Virus record (IMG/VR): IMGVR_UViG_3300020186_000013
Coordinates: 144,146-208,145 of that record
DNA length: 64,000 nt
Strand: one strand, 5' to 3'
The first letter of the stretch is position 1, and every line of letters starts with the position of its first letter. Position numbers and translations under genes: made by a program. A model generated the notes under the pieces. The model saw only the letters and a list, made by a program, of their open reading frames with translations. It did not search any database and was not told the DNA's origin. Positions 1 through 8,851 of this stretch are shown piece by piece.

Positions 1-1627
1 CTGCGTTCGTAAGTGGTAGTGCTTGAGTGAGCATCCGAGACGCCATAGCGACCCGTTGCCCTTTGACCATGCTCTTGAGCGGGACCATGTTGCCCAGGGG
101 CGAGAAGGCATTCTCAAAGTGGGGCAACTCGAATTGGACTTCGTTGCGTGGGACATATGCGATCTTGCCTCCCTTCATGACCGGGATACGTTTCGCGGTC
201 GACGCCAGTCCGCCGGGGAACGCGATCGCCGCCTCGGCCAGGTCCTGGGGGCTCTTCCAACCAAGCCTACCCGTCCTAACGTCCCGGAACTCGGAGTACA
301 TGCGACCGTCGCCGCCTTTTCGTGCCCCCCGAGCCATGTTCAGGTCGATGCCAACGCGGAAACTCTCGGGCGTCCGCAAGGGGTCCATGAACCCCATATG
401 ACCGGGCTGCACGCTCCGGGCGTCGTCGGGAACCGACTCCATCGACGGGATGCCGCCTTCACCCAGGCGGGTGATCCGGCTCTGCTTGTCGAACACCTCG
501 GCAGGGTTGATCTCTTCGATCGCCTGGCCCAGGCCAGAGCCCAGGAGCGTCTGCTCGATTTGCCGGGTCAGTGCCCCTGACGGCATGTCTTTCAGGTGTC
601 CCTTCATGCTCATCTTGTGAAACAGCATCTTCTGGACGCGACCGTGGTCGCGGGCCACCCGCTCGGAGATCAGGTCCTCGGGACCCAGCACGGTCTGGAA
701 GTGCGGGGCGTCCCGGTCGTCGACTTCGTCCTCGCCCCGACTGACGGCCAAGAGCTTCTTGGTTGCCGCCAGGATGGTGTCCTTATTCATCCGGGTGTGG
801 GGGTGTTTGAGCGTGTACTTGGTGACCTCGGGGTCGACCTCCATGTCCTCGAACTTCTTGACCAGGGCCAGGCGACGGTGCTGCTCGTCTGGGTTGTCCC
901 GGTCGACCTTACTCAGAATCTTGTTCTGGAGCTTGGTCAGTACCCCGCCCTCAGACTTGAGCATATTGCTCTGGTACAGCTCGGACCCCCAGTGCTCATA
1001 CAGCTCTCGGTCGGTCGTACCCATCGCCTTCAGGAGCGGCAGCAACGGCATCTCAGCTTGGCCGATCTTGATCTTGAACACGCCCTTGGCCGGATCGAGC
1101 AGGTAACGGTGGGAGACGCCCTTGCCGGGCAGGATGTTGGCGTGGGACTCCAGCTCACCGTTGTCCTTGCGACGGGTGAAGACACCGGGCATGAGCCGCT
1201 GCTGGTGGTTCAAAGTGTAATCGTTACCGCCGTGGACAAACGTGCCCATGTTCGTCAAGTGAGGGACGCGGGCGATAACCTGCTCACGGCGATCGACGAG
1301 AGCACCCGTGGCGTTGTCGGTCAACTCCCACGTGCCCTTCATGCGGCGGGCCAGGGTGCCGCCAGTCAGGAGGGCTTGCTTCCGTTGGTCGATACTGAAG
1401 TGGTCAGGGTCGATGTACTCCGGACTGTGGAGCCGGAGAGTGTGCCGGACGTTGGAAACCGGCTGAATGCCCTGAGCCGCCTTCAGGACGTTGCCGTAGA
1501 TGTTCTGCCGCGTCTTGACGTGGTCGCCAAAGTCGCGGATGTGGGACTCCGGAAGCACGGGCGGCGGTGGCGGCGTGCTGCCGGGCAGGAGGGACGGACC
1601 CTTATCGGGGATGAGACTGTCAGGCAT
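1..1627 (-). CDS. rpoB: Phage-encoded DNA-directed RNA polymerase beta-like subunit, N-terminal ~540 aa (runs off window start)
   Basis: Manually translated open minus frame from ATG 1627 (MPDSLIPDKG...) to base 1 with no stop. It contains RpoB-like blocks VPHLTNMGTFVHGGNDYTLNHQQRLMPGVF, INPAEVFDKQSRITRLGEGG...ARSVQPGHMGFMDPLRTPESFRVG and SPLGNMVPLKSMVKGQRVAMASRMLTQALPL. Confidence 0.9.
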   Translation of the reverse strand, partial: MPDSLIPDKGPSLLPGSTPPPPPVLPESHIRDFGDHVKTRQNIYGNVLKAAQGIQPVSNVRHTLRLHSPEYIDPDHFSIDQRKQALLTGGTLARRMKGTWELTDNATGALVDRREQVIARVPHLTNMGTFVHGGNDYTLNHQQRLMPGVFTRRKDNGELESHANILPGKGVSHRYLLDPAKGVFKIKIGQAEMPLLPLLKAMGTTDRELYEHWGSELYQSNMLKSEGGVLTKLQNKILSKVDRDNPDEQHRRLALVKKFEDMEVDPEVTKYTLKHPHTRMNKDTILAATKKLLAVSRGEDEVDDRDAPHFQTVLGPEDLISERVARDHGRVQKMLFHKMSMKGHLKDMPSGALTRQIEQTLLGSGLGQAIEEINPAEVFDKQSRITRLGEGGIPSMESVPDDARSVQPGHMGFMDPLRTPESFRVGIDLNMARGARKGGDGRMYSEFRDVRTGRLGWKSPQDLAEAAIAFPGGLASTAKRIPVMKGGKIAYVPRNEVQFELPHFENAFSPLGNMVPLKSMVKGQRVAMASRMLTQALPLTNA

Positions 1628-1645
1628 TCCGTTGCCCCTAACGAG

Positions 1646-2743
1646 TTACGCGACCGGCTGTTGGTCCGCCGACGAGTGGGCGATCGGCTCCGGTGTGGCG
1701 AAGATCTCGGTCGGGGATTGGTTGAACTTGCGACGGTCGCGACGCTGGAGGGCCTTCTGCAAGACAGCCGAACGGCTTCGCTTCCGCATCTTGTCGTACA
1801 CGACGGCCCCAGTCAGCAGGCTCGACAGACCGGCGTACATGCCGTACCCGCCCATGGCCTGGCCGAGGACGTTAGAACTTCCCTGGCCGAGATAGTCGGA
1901 TAGAGCAGCCTGTTTCTCGACGAAAGCGTCATACAGCCGATCAAGGGCCTCGTCGAGGGCCTTCTTCTCGCCCCACTTGTGACCGCAAGAGTTGCACGCC
2001 CCGCTGTACGGGTCACCCTCCATGCTCGCACCGCATTTCGGGCAGTCCTCGCCCTTGAACGTGTGGTCGCCGGCAGACTTGGCCACGGCCTTGGGCTTGT
2101 CGTACTGCGATAGCAGAGCGTCGTGGAACTCCTGGCGGGCCGAATCGAGGGCCTGCTCGCGTTCCGTCTTGCGACGACTTTCCATCACCGCGTCGACGCC
2201 CTTCCAGCCGAGGCCCAGACCGCCAAGACCGCCGGCCAGCATCGACAGACCGTACCACGGGATGCCGCCCTTGGTCGTCGCGTCACCGCCGAGTAACCAC
2301 GGGACCGGGGTGGCCTCCTTGTCCATGGCTGCCTTCCTCTTCGGCACGTCCTCGTCTTCTTCCTCGGCCGGGATCGGCAGGGGCAGCATCGCCGACCCCG
2401 CCGTACTCCGTGCCCCGGCCATGTTCTGGCGAAGCATGTGGTGCAAGCCGACCGCCCCTCGGGCACCGGCCCCGACGCCGAGGCCGATCCCGAGGATCTT
2501 GCCGACGTCGCCCATCGCGGACTCCCGCAACGCCGTGTTCTTGGCCTCGCTTATGGCCTGGCTGATCACGAGCTGCTGGGGGGTCGGGGCCGAGCCAGTG
2601 AGCGAGTCCAAGGCCCCACGGCCCAGGTCGACGACGGGCTTGGCGGCGGCTCCGATGGCGTCGCCCACGGCCCCGAGGAAGCCCTCTTTTTGCATCTCCT
2701 CGCGGACCTTACTGAGCACCGACTGGCAGGTTAGGCTGTCCAT
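1646..2743 (-). CDS. Gly/Ala-rich K-x-A-motif protein with hydrophobic GxxxG helices and an inserted CxxC...CxxC Zn ribbon; putative virion internal protein
   Basis: 365-aa ORF; motifs MQKEG-FLGAVG, MDKEA, AKSAG, EKKA, EKQAA; glycine-zipper helices; CPKC...CNSC. Virion role is inference. Confidence 0.6.
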   Translation of the reverse strand: MDSLTCQSVLSKVREEMQKEGFLGAVGDAIGAAAKPVVDLGRGALDSLTGSAPTPQQLVISQAISEAKNTALRESAMGDVGKILGIGLGVGAGARGAVGLHHMLRQNMAGARSTAGSAMLPLPIPAEEEDEDVPKRKAAMDKEATPVPWLLGGDATTKGGIPWYGLSMLAGGLGGLGLGWKGVDAVMESRRKTEREQALDSARQEFHDALLSQYDKPKAVAKSAGDHTFKGEDCPKCGASMEGDPYSGACNSCGHKWGEKKALDEALDRLYDAFVEKQAALSDYLGQGSSNVLGQAMGGYGMYAGLSSLLTGAVVYDKMRKRSRSAVLQKALQRRDRRKFNQSPTEIFATPEPIAHSSADQQPVA

Positions 2744-3110
2744 TGACCAACTCCATTTGTCCGGCCGTCATGAACGGTGCCCGGTTACCGTCTTCCATGA
2801 AGTATTCGACCCACTCGACGTAGACCATTATCTGGGCGGCGTCGTACTGCCGCTTAATGTGGATGCACTGGAACCACCCGTTGGCGATCCCGTCGAGTAC
2901 CTCCAAATACTTCTTATTCTGGTCCGGGTCGGTCGTGTCGAAGTGACCGTTGTGAGGGTCGGCCACCTTGACGGTCTTGTCTTCCCACTCGTCTGAAGTA
3001 TACATCGGGGACGATTGGCCGCGAAACGGCATGCCGTCCTCGGTCGCCCGCCCCCAGTGCACCTTCTGGCCGTTGTGCTCCGTTCGGTTGCTGAACTTGA
3101 TCAGGCTCAT
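2709..3110 (-). CDS. Hypothetical protein (133 aa)
   Basis: ORF with coding-like codon usage in a continuous minus-strand run. Confidence 0.7.
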   Translation of the reverse strand: MSLIKFSNRTEHNGQKVHWGRATEDGMPFRGQSSPMYTSDEWEDKTVKVADPHNGHFDTTDPDQNKKYLEVLDGIANGWFQCIHIKRQYDAAQIMVYVEWVEYFMEDGNRAPFMTAGQMELVNGQPNLPVGAQ

Positions 3111-3119
3111 CTGACGTCC

Positions 3120-3512
3120 TTACAGGAACATCCGCCCGCCACGACTCTGCTTAGCCTGCTGCAACCGCCGAATCGCCTGCTGCCGGCGGACCTTGGCAGC
3201 TTCGGTACGGTAGGTGTCGATGACCTCGCGGTCCTTGATGTCGGCGACGTCCTTGTCGGTCACGTCCGTGGCCTTGGCCAAACCGGCCCCGGCGATGCCG
3301 CCCAGGATCGGCGGGGCGGCAAGGGCCAGAGGCACCCCGACGCTGCCGACGAGCTGCGTCAACGCCGTGGCGGCGTCACCGACGGCCCCGAACAACGCGA
3401 GCTTGTCCATCGCGGCCTTGACCGCCCCCGCCATTTGTTGGGCGGTCATCCCGTGCTCGACGCACCGGGCCACGAACCCGACCTTGAATGCTTCCCGTGC
3501 AGTCAGTGGCAT
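3120..3512 (-). CDS. Small K-x-A-motif protein with shared 'FVARC..HGMT.QQM..AV' leader and a glycine-rich hydrophobic helix
   Basis: AAGGAGG SD upstream; MPLTAREAFKVGFVARCVEHGMTAQQMAGAVKAAMDKLA-LFGAVG. Confidence 0.7.
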   Translation of the reverse strand: MPLTAREAFKVGFVARCVEHGMTAQQMAGAVKAAMDKLALFGAVGDAATALTQLVGSVGVPLALAAPPILGGIAGAGLAKATDVTDKDVADIKDREVIDTYRTEAAKVRRQQAIRRLQQAKQSRGGRMFL

Positions 3513-3560
3513 TTGGCCGTCCTCCTTGACAGCTAAGAAAAGGATCTCACCCCTGAATAG

Positions 3561-3758
3561 CTACCGGACCATCACGGGGCCGGCAGACACCGCACCGAAC
3601 AACACCAATCCCAGGATTAGCACGCAGAACCACGGGATCAGACAATAGACGCCAAAGTTCAGTCCGTTGAATGCGGCCCCTCGTGGTTCACGAAGCCTGC
3701 ACCCAGCAGGCAGCCAGAACATCATCAGTACGACCCAAATGATGACCCAAATCGTCAT
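3561..3758 (-). CDS. Small two-TM membrane protein
   Basis: AAGGA SD before ATG 3758; two hydrophobic stretches (IWVIIWVVLMMFW; CLIPWFCVLILGLVLFGAV). Confidence 0.65.
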   Translation of the reverse strand: MTIWVIIWVVLMMFWLPAGCRLREPRGAAFNGLNFGVYCLIPWFCVLILGLVLFGAVSAGPVMVR

Positions 3759-3781
3759 AGCGTTCCTTCGGAGCGGTAAGG

Positions 3782-4174
3782 TCACATGATCCCGTTTCCG
3801 CCGGAAACGCAGACCGTCGTCGGCTGCCGGCGACGGAGGTCGCGGCAGGCCGAAGCGTCGTCCGGCATGCCCTGCTCCTGGGCCTTCCGAGCGATGTACG
3901 CCGCTTTGTCGGTAATGTTCTGCATGTAGCTCTTGAGATCGGCGTCGGCACCACGACCGGGCGTGTCCGCCGAGTTACCAAGCATCTGGCTCAAGGCCAG
4001 CGTGTGCCGCAAGAACTCGCGAACGGACAGCGTCTCGTACGAGTTGTCGAGGGAGTCTTCGCAATGGATCAAGCCCCGGTCCGCCCAGAAGCGAACCGAG
4101 CGGTTGATGCCTTCCTTGGTCTTGCCCTGAATGATCAAGACGTCGTGACCGAAGGTGCCAATCTCGATGGTCAT
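3782..4174 (-). CDS. Hypothetical protein (130 aa)
   Basis: AGGAG SD; coding-like ORF. Confidence 0.7.
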   Translation of the reverse strand: MTIEIGTFGHDVLIIQGKTKEGINRSVRFWADRGLIHCEDSLDNSYETLSVREFLRHTLALSQMLGNSADTPGRGADADLKSYMQNITDKAAYIARKAQEQGMPDDASACRDLRRRQPTTVCVSGGNGIM

Positions 4175-4301
4175 CCCTGACTCCTAGAAACCAGAATCTA
4201 ACTCAGAACTCGCCCAGCAGGATCTTGCGACGGACGACCGGGTCGAGCGGCAGGAGTGCCAGACCGAACCCGGTGTCGATGATCTCGTAGTCCGCACCCC
4301 T

Positions 4302-4727
4302 TCAGTAGGGTGTGAACGTCGGCGTCGCGTCCGCCGTCGCGGACGGCTTGGCGACCAGCATGCCGGTCAGTGCATCATAAGCCTGGCCGATGATTGCCGG
4401 AAGGGCACGCTCGATGGCAGGCCCGATGAACGTGTTGAAGATGAACGGGTGGCCGATCGCCGTCGCCAGGTAGCTCTGGATCGACTGCTTGTAAAACGCC
4501 ATCGTTGCGTCGATGACGATTTGCCTTCGGTCCTCGGGCGACGCACCGACAACCTGCCCAGCCAAGTTGGTAACGGAACCGATGAACTTCGTCAGGATGC
4601 CGACCCAGTCGACAGCCGGAAGGACCGTCCCCGGTTCCGTCACGAACATGGGCACGGTGGAACCGTAGTGAATCAGAGCCTTGTCGATCTCGGGTTGCAA
4701 CTGCGTGTACAGCGGGGTCACCATCAT
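4302..4727 (-). CDS. Hypothetical protein (141 aa), amphipathic helical
   Basis: AGGAG SD before ATG 4727; the longer track ORF overlaps the upstream gene. Confidence 0.7.
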   Translation of the reverse strand: MMVTPLYTQLQPEIDKALIHYGSTVPMFVTEPGTVLPAVDWVGILTKFIGSVTNLAGQVVGASPEDRRQIVIDATMAFYKQSIQSYLATAIGHPFIFNTFIGPAIERALPAIIGQAYDALTGMLVAKPSATADATPTFTPY

Positions 4728-4735
4728 GGGATCTC

Positions 4736-5875
4736 CTAGTGAAACAGTTTCGGCACAACTGACCCGATGAGGCCGAGAGCGGCGACACCCTTGCCGATTT
4801 GGCTGAAGGTGTAGGGCGTGCCGACCACCTGGTTTAGCACCGCTCCGACCCAAGCCCCAGTAAGGTAATCTTTCCCCGCGTTCATTGCTAGTTGACCTAG
4901 CTGCCCGCCCGTGACGTGTCCGGGACTGCTCCGCTCGTCAGGCAGTTGCTGGGCCGCGTACATGGCCCCCATCGTCGTCGCGGCGAGGTCCGGTGACGCC
5001 CCCGACTCCCACAGCGTCTGACCGAGGGCGTTGATGTTGACGTCGTACGGCGTGCGGTGCCGATGGTCGCCGCCGCCGAACATGTCCCCGAACGCCCGCT
5101 TTACAAACGAGTCGCAAGCACCCTTGTAAGCATCGCCCACCTGTGGGGCGAGCAGGTGCTTGTTCGAGAACTCTTGGCTGTACTCTTCGGTCTGTGGGCG
5201 GCTGGTGCCGGCGAGTCGGCTTTCCAGGAGACTCGGCCGATCGAACTTAGGCGAGTCCGACAGCTGCTCGATCGGTGGGGTATCCAGCGGGTGCGGGTCG
5301 AGGAGGGAGTGGCCGGTCGCATGATTGGCGTACGCCCAGGCAGCACCGGGAGCCGCACCCGCCAGAGCACCGAGAATGGCTCCCGTCCGCTTCAATTTCT
5401 TGCCGTACTTGTGCGGCATTAACGCTTCAGCCAGAGAGCCAACACCATAACCAAGACCACCGCCCACCAATCCGGTCGTAAGCATCGCAGCCAAAGGACT
5501 CGGGGCGTTAGGGATTCCACCGGGGTAGGTTCCTGGGAAGAAGTTGAGGAGTTCACCGGCCCGCCGCAGCGTCTCGCTGTAGGCGACCTTGACCCAATCG
5601 CCACCCGTGGCCTCATCCCGAGTCAGGTAAGTCTCCCGCACGTGATCGGCACCGACCGCCCGCTCGGCGGCACGCTTACACCGCAGGGCATCAGGCCGAT
5701 GGAAGTCGATAGACGTACGCGGGAACAGGGCGACCTGATCGCGGTCCGGGCTATAGAAGTAATCGACGGGGTACTTGGTGAAGATCGACGCTGCCGCCTG
5801 CTTCACGTCCCAGCACGGTGCCGCCGTCTTCACGACCCAGGCATCCAGGCGGGGGATCACGTCTTCCCAATCCAT
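4736..5875 (-). CDS. Gly-zipper K-x-A-motif protein (putative virion internal protein)
   Basis: 379 aa; VKTAA, VKQAAA, VKRA-FGDMFGGG; TGLVGGGLGYGVG and GAILGALAGAAPGAAW helices. Confidence 0.65.
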   Translation of the reverse strand: MDWEDVIPRLDAWVVKTAAPCWDVKQAAASIFTKYPVDYFYSPDRDQVALFPRTSIDFHRPDALRCKRAAERAVGADHVRETYLTRDEATGGDWVKVAYSETLRRAGELLNFFPGTYPGGIPNAPSPLAAMLTTGLVGGGLGYGVGSLAEALMPHKYGKKLKRTGAILGALAGAAPGAAWAYANHATGHSLLDPHPLDTPPIEQLSDSPKFDRPSLLESRLAGTSRPQTEEYSQEFSNKHLLAPQVGDAYKGACDSFVKRAFGDMFGGGDHRHRTPYDVNINALGQTLWESGASPDLAATTMGAMYAAQQLPDERSSPGHVTGGQLGQLAMNAGKDYLTGAWVGAVLNQVVGTPYTFSQIGKGVAALGLIGSVVPKLFH

Positions 5876-5893
5876 GGGCAGGGCTCCAATGCG

Positions 5894-5922
5894 AAGAGGT
5901 CGGGGTTGACCCCCGACCTCTT
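5894..5922. terminator. 12-bp perfect inverted repeat between nrdJ and the next gene (terminator or processing hairpin)
   Basis: AAGAGGTCGGGG-TTGAC-CCCCGACCTCTT; a TTGAGC-N18-TATGAT promoter-like string lies just upstream on the minus strand. Confidence 0.5.
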
Positions 5923-5958
5923 ATCATACTCGGTTTCCGTCTGCGGGCTCAACCGGTA

Positions 5959-8286
5959 CTACAGCTCACACTTGTCCCCGCTGCACGCATACGTCCGAGA
6001 ACCCGTGGTGGTGTCGACCTCCTCGTACCGTGGCAGCTTCGCCCAGTCGATGACCGGGAACTTCGCAGCCAGCTCGTTGTACTGCTCCTCGGTGACCACC
6101 TCGTTGGGAGCCGCCTTGTAGCTGCCGTTGTCCCACGGCAGGAAGGAGATGCCCGTAATCTCGTCGAAGTGCTCCCACACCCACGTGCCAACCGCAGGCC
6201 ACTCATGGTCCTTGACGTAGATCGTCACCGAGCAAGAGTGATCCGCCCAGTGCCGTTTCCACAGCAACCAGTTCTCCAGCTGCTGCATGGCCGTCACGTC
6301 TTCGCGGAGGGTGCAGCCCTCGGGGTTCTTCTTGATCCACGAGAACGCGACCAGGGACGGGTCTTCGGGGGCCACCTCCCACGGCACGCCCGACTCCTTG
6401 AGGAACTTGCACATCGGGGTGTGCATCGACTCGCGGGTCCGACGGATCTGGTGGCGACCGAACCGTGGCGACAGACCCGAGCCGCAGTCGAAGAACACGG
6501 CCGAGTCGCCGCTGGGCTTCACGGTGGTGTCGGCTGCCGACCGGTTGATGCCGAACCGTTTGGCCAGCATCTCGTTCGTCTCGGTCACGATCTGCTTGAG
6601 GGCCGTCAGCAGTTCCTCGCGACCGGGAGCACCCGGCTGGAGCAGCGGACAGTCCGCGTGGCCGGTGATGTCGACGCCGAGCAGCCGCTCCTCGTCGCAG
6701 TTCTTCTTCCAGTCCTTGCGGATGTACTGGAAGTTGGTGCAGCACGACTGGAGGGTGCCGAAGTAGGTCGCCGCCCGCACCTTCTCCATCAGCGTTTCCT
6801 TCGTGTCCTCCCGGCGGGCAACGGCGATCGAGAGGTTGCAGAACTGGAACGGCCGGAGCACGATTTCCGCACACGGGTTGCATCCGAACTTCCAGTTCTT
6901 GCGGCGGGCCGGGCGGTGTTTGCGGCACGCCTCGCGGTTGAAGATGCCCCGCTCCCCGGACTTCGACTTCACGAGGGCCAGCCACTCGTCCATGAAGTCC
7001 TCGACCGGGGGCTTCTCGTTGTACGCGGCCGAGTTGTTGGCCATCGACAGGAAATCCCGATCACGCCACCACTCGCCATGCTTGGCGTGCCGCATGTTGC
7101 GGCTGTTCAGGTCGGAGATGGAGATGCAGGACGCACGCCGTACGCCGCCCACCTGGACGATCTTGCCGATCATGCAGCAGATGCAGTGGACATCGTAATC
7201 CGACAGGCGGCGACCCTGAGCCGCCAAGATGACGCCACGCACGAACGTCAGGAGCTGGACGAGGGATTCCGGACCTGACGCCCGCCCACCCTTGGTAATC
7301 AGGCGTGTGCCCGCCTTCCGCACGTCGTTCGTGTCGAACTCCACGTCCTCGCCCGAGAACCACTTTGTGATCCCGAACAGCAAGGCGTCGCACCACCCCT
7401 CGGTGGAATCCTTGACCTTGTACTTGTACTTCTTGGCGTGCTTGCCCTTCCCCTGCCGCTTGACGCGGGGGAGATCGTCAACGTAGTCGGTCTCGACCGA
7501 GAAGCCGCCGCCGGTGCCCTGCATGAGGATGTAGAGCAACTCGGCAAACGAGAAGAGATCCTTGATCGGGTGGTAGGCACAGTTGTAGGCACCGACGTGG
7601 CACCGTTCGAGGGCAGGACCGGCCATCTGCACGACACGCATCGCGGGGCTGGACTTCAGCTCGAACATCATCTTGCGGAGCCAGACGACCTCCTCGGACT
7701 TGAGGTGGCCGAACTGCGGGATGGTGCCGAACCAGTCGAAGACGCGGTTGTTGCACTCTTGCCACGTCTCGCGGCGGTTGTCCTTCTCACGCCACCGGGA
7801 GAACTTGGAAAGGAACTGGTAATACTGGAGCGGGCTGGGGAAGTGCTGGGCGTCTTCGGTGATCGCCTCAGTAACGTGGGCCGGGATCGGCCGTTCCTCG
7901 CGAGTCTTACGACGCTCCTCGCGGTAAAGCGTGTAGTGCTCGGCAGCTTCGGCCAAGCCGTCCGCCCACAACTGAGTAATGACGGCCCGCTGCACCTCTT
8001 CGATCGTCATCGCCGACACGCTCTGGGCGGCGAAGTAATTCACGACTCTGACGGTGACGGCCTCGACCGTGTCGTGCGAGTCGTCAGGCGTGACGTTGAG
8101 TCCGTTTTGAAAGCAGCGGGTGACGGCGTGGCGAATCTTGGTACAGTCGAACGGCTCGGTGCGGCCGTCGCGTTTGGTGACCTTCCAGTCCTGGGACAAA
8201 ACTTCCGGGGTGAGCGTCTTGCCGTTAGCGTCCTGACGGCTCTGGTAATTACGACGCGACGACGCACTTGCAACGCCATGACTCAT
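5959..8286 (-). CDS. nrdJ: Class II (adenosylcobalamin-dependent) ribonucleotide reductase with N-terminal ATP cone
   Basis: VTKRDGRTEPFDCTKIRHAV ATP cone; GGVRRASCIS, GCNPCAEIVLRPFQFCNLS, TTVKPSG; C-terminal ACSGDKCEL CxxxxC; GGAGG SD before ATG 8286. Confidence 0.95.
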   Translation of the reverse strand: MSHGVASASSRRNYQSRQDANGKTLTPEVLSQDWKVTKRDGRTEPFDCTKIRHAVTRCFQNGLNVTPDDSHDTVEAVTVRVVNYFAAQSVSAMTIEEVQRAVITQLWADGLAEAAEHYTLYREERRKTREERPIPAHVTEAITEDAQHFPSPLQYYQFLSKFSRWREKDNRRETWQECNNRVFDWFGTIPQFGHLKSEEVVWLRKMMFELKSSPAMRVVQMAGPALERCHVGAYNCAYHPIKDLFSFAELLYILMQGTGGGFSVETDYVDDLPRVKRQGKGKHAKKYKYKVKDSTEGWCDALLFGITKWFSGEDVEFDTNDVRKAGTRLITKGGRASGPESLVQLLTFVRGVILAAQGRRLSDYDVHCICCMIGKIVQVGGVRRASCISISDLNSRNMRHAKHGEWWRDRDFLSMANNSAAYNEKPPVEDFMDEWLALVKSKSGERGIFNREACRKHRPARRKNWKFGCNPCAEIVLRPFQFCNLSIAVARREDTKETLMEKVRAATYFGTLQSCCTNFQYIRKDWKKNCDEERLLGVDITGHADCPLLQPGAPGREELLTALKQIVTETNEMLAKRFGINRSAADTTVKPSGDSAVFFDCGSGLSPRFGRHQIRRTRESMHTPMCKFLKESGVPWEVAPEDPSLVAFSWIKKNPEGCTLREDVTAMQQLENWLLWKRHWADHSCSVTIYVKDHEWPAVGTWVWEHFDEITGISFLPWDNGSYKAAPNEVVTEEQYNELAAKFPVIDWAKLPRYEEVDTTTGSRTYACSGDKCEL

Positions 8287-8385
8287 GGCATCTTCCTCCG
8301 ACAAATTGGGGATGGGAACAAAACACCAGTGCCGACCTGTCCCGCGATTCCTTCCGGACAGACCTACCGCACCCGCATCCTCGAC

Positions 8386-8838
8386 CTACTTCAGCCAGAC
8401 CGTACCCCGCACGGGGTCGACGGCGTATGACGCAGGTTCGTCGGGTGGCGGCAGGTTGAACACACGCAACAGAACGTGGTTCCCGGCGAACGACCCTTGG
8501 ATCAAGACCTCGGGACCGTCCATATCACCATTGTAGAGAGTGGGTGCAGACCAACCCACTTTCTCGACCACCGACATCGCCGACAAAATGCGGGTCACAT
8601 CGAGGCAAAAGCCGGACACGCAGCGGTGCCCGTCGTTGGCCCCGCCCCGCCATTCGTTGGGCGTGGGGAACACGGAAACCATCCAACCAGGAAACGAGTT
8701 ATGAGGGTTGGTCGGCTCCCACAGACGATACCCCAAGGGGCCGATAAAGCCCAGAGGGGTCATGGCTGAGAGGACGGTCTCGACCAGGGCGTCCACCCAC
8801 TTGGGGGGCTCGCAGGTGTGGATCTCGAACACACTCAC
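8386..8838 (-). CDS. Hypothetical protein (150 aa)
   Basis: Coding-like ORF. Confidence 0.7.
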   Translation of the reverse strand: MSVFEIHTCEPPKWVDALVETVLSAMTPLGFIGPLGYRLWEPTNPHNSFPGWMVSVFPTPNEWRGGANDGHRCVSGFCLDVTRILSAMSVVEKVGWSAPTLYNGDMDGPEVLIQGSFAGNHVLLRVFNLPPPDEPASYAVDPVRGTVWLK

Positions 8839-8851
8839 GGCGTACTCACGG

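Noticed and set aside
2660-2743. MQKEG|FLGAVG as a type IV prepilin cleavage site
   Set aside because: It lacks the conserved Glu at +5 and a long uninterrupted hydrophobic helix, and no pilus genes are present. It is better explained as a K-x-A/G family variant.
1-8286. Inteins or introns in rpoB or nrdJ
   Set aside because: No splice-junction (C...HN) or LAGLIDADG motifs, and the conserved blocks are contiguous in the visible parts.
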